Source of the DNA: Akkermansiaceae bacterium
Lineage (GTDB): Bacteria > Verrucomicrobiota > Verrucomicrobiia > Verrucomicrobiales > Akkermansiaceae
Direction: 5' to 3'
Length of the DNA: 64,000 bases
Assembly (NCBI GenBank): GCA_947491475.1
Contig: CANLKN010000002.1
Location: 6,956-70,955, forward strand
This document shows, piece after piece, positions 63,988-64,000 of this stretch; position 1 is the stretch's first letter; each line of letters begins with the position of its first letter. A program made the position numbers and the translations under genes. A model generated the notes under the pieces. It was not told the DNA's origin. It saw nothing but the letters and a program-made list of their open reading frames with translations, and made no database searches.

Positions 63988-64000
63988 CCTTTCCTGACCA

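Overview
GC-rich bacterial chromosomal window (spot counts of single lines give about 60-70% GC; nothing was computed window-wide) with about 45 credible genes. The protein styles are autotransporter-associated beta-strand repeat proteins, many secreted glycoside hydrolases and esterases, and recurrent C-terminal modules ending in FFRL-like strands. These suggest a Verrucomicrobia/Opitutae-type genome, but that is inference only. The backbone holds tRNA-Ala(CGC); envelope genes (a GT4-LpxH-like fusion, uppP, a parvulin PPIase, an L,D-transpeptidase); lysC; a DUF1778/GNAT toxin-antitoxin pair; glyQS, algH/yqgE and ribBA; nth, prfA, rnhB-yraN, avtA and a peroxiredoxin; ilvC, lipA, an EVE-domain gene and thiC with a TPP riboswitch; nusA-infB-rbfA; and nupC, mgtE and csbD. 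There are two accessory glycan-degradation regions, at 22.8-33.2 kb and 51.2-64 kb. The main observations are: (1) About eight accessory genes carry single frameshifts, five of them consecutive, and several more genes are 5'-truncated, while every housekeeping gene is intact. (2) A minus-strand locus containing a GH78 rhamnosidase holds a tandem pair of ~725-aa secreted paralogs that I cannot assign to any family, and their nucleotide identity is mosaic. (3) A ~1.1 kb low-GC (about 40-45%) insertion removes the 5' end of a hybrid histidine kinase. (4) A GT4-LpxH-like fusion lies next to an unrecognised 570-aa protein. (5) Tandem 14-bp and 7-bp repeats sit inside the thiC linker. (6) A nested hairpin leader precedes nusA, and no rimP is present. 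No rRNA, CRISPR array, transposase or integrase was seen. All coordinates of alternative starts and frameshift sites were worked out by hand and need computational confirmation.
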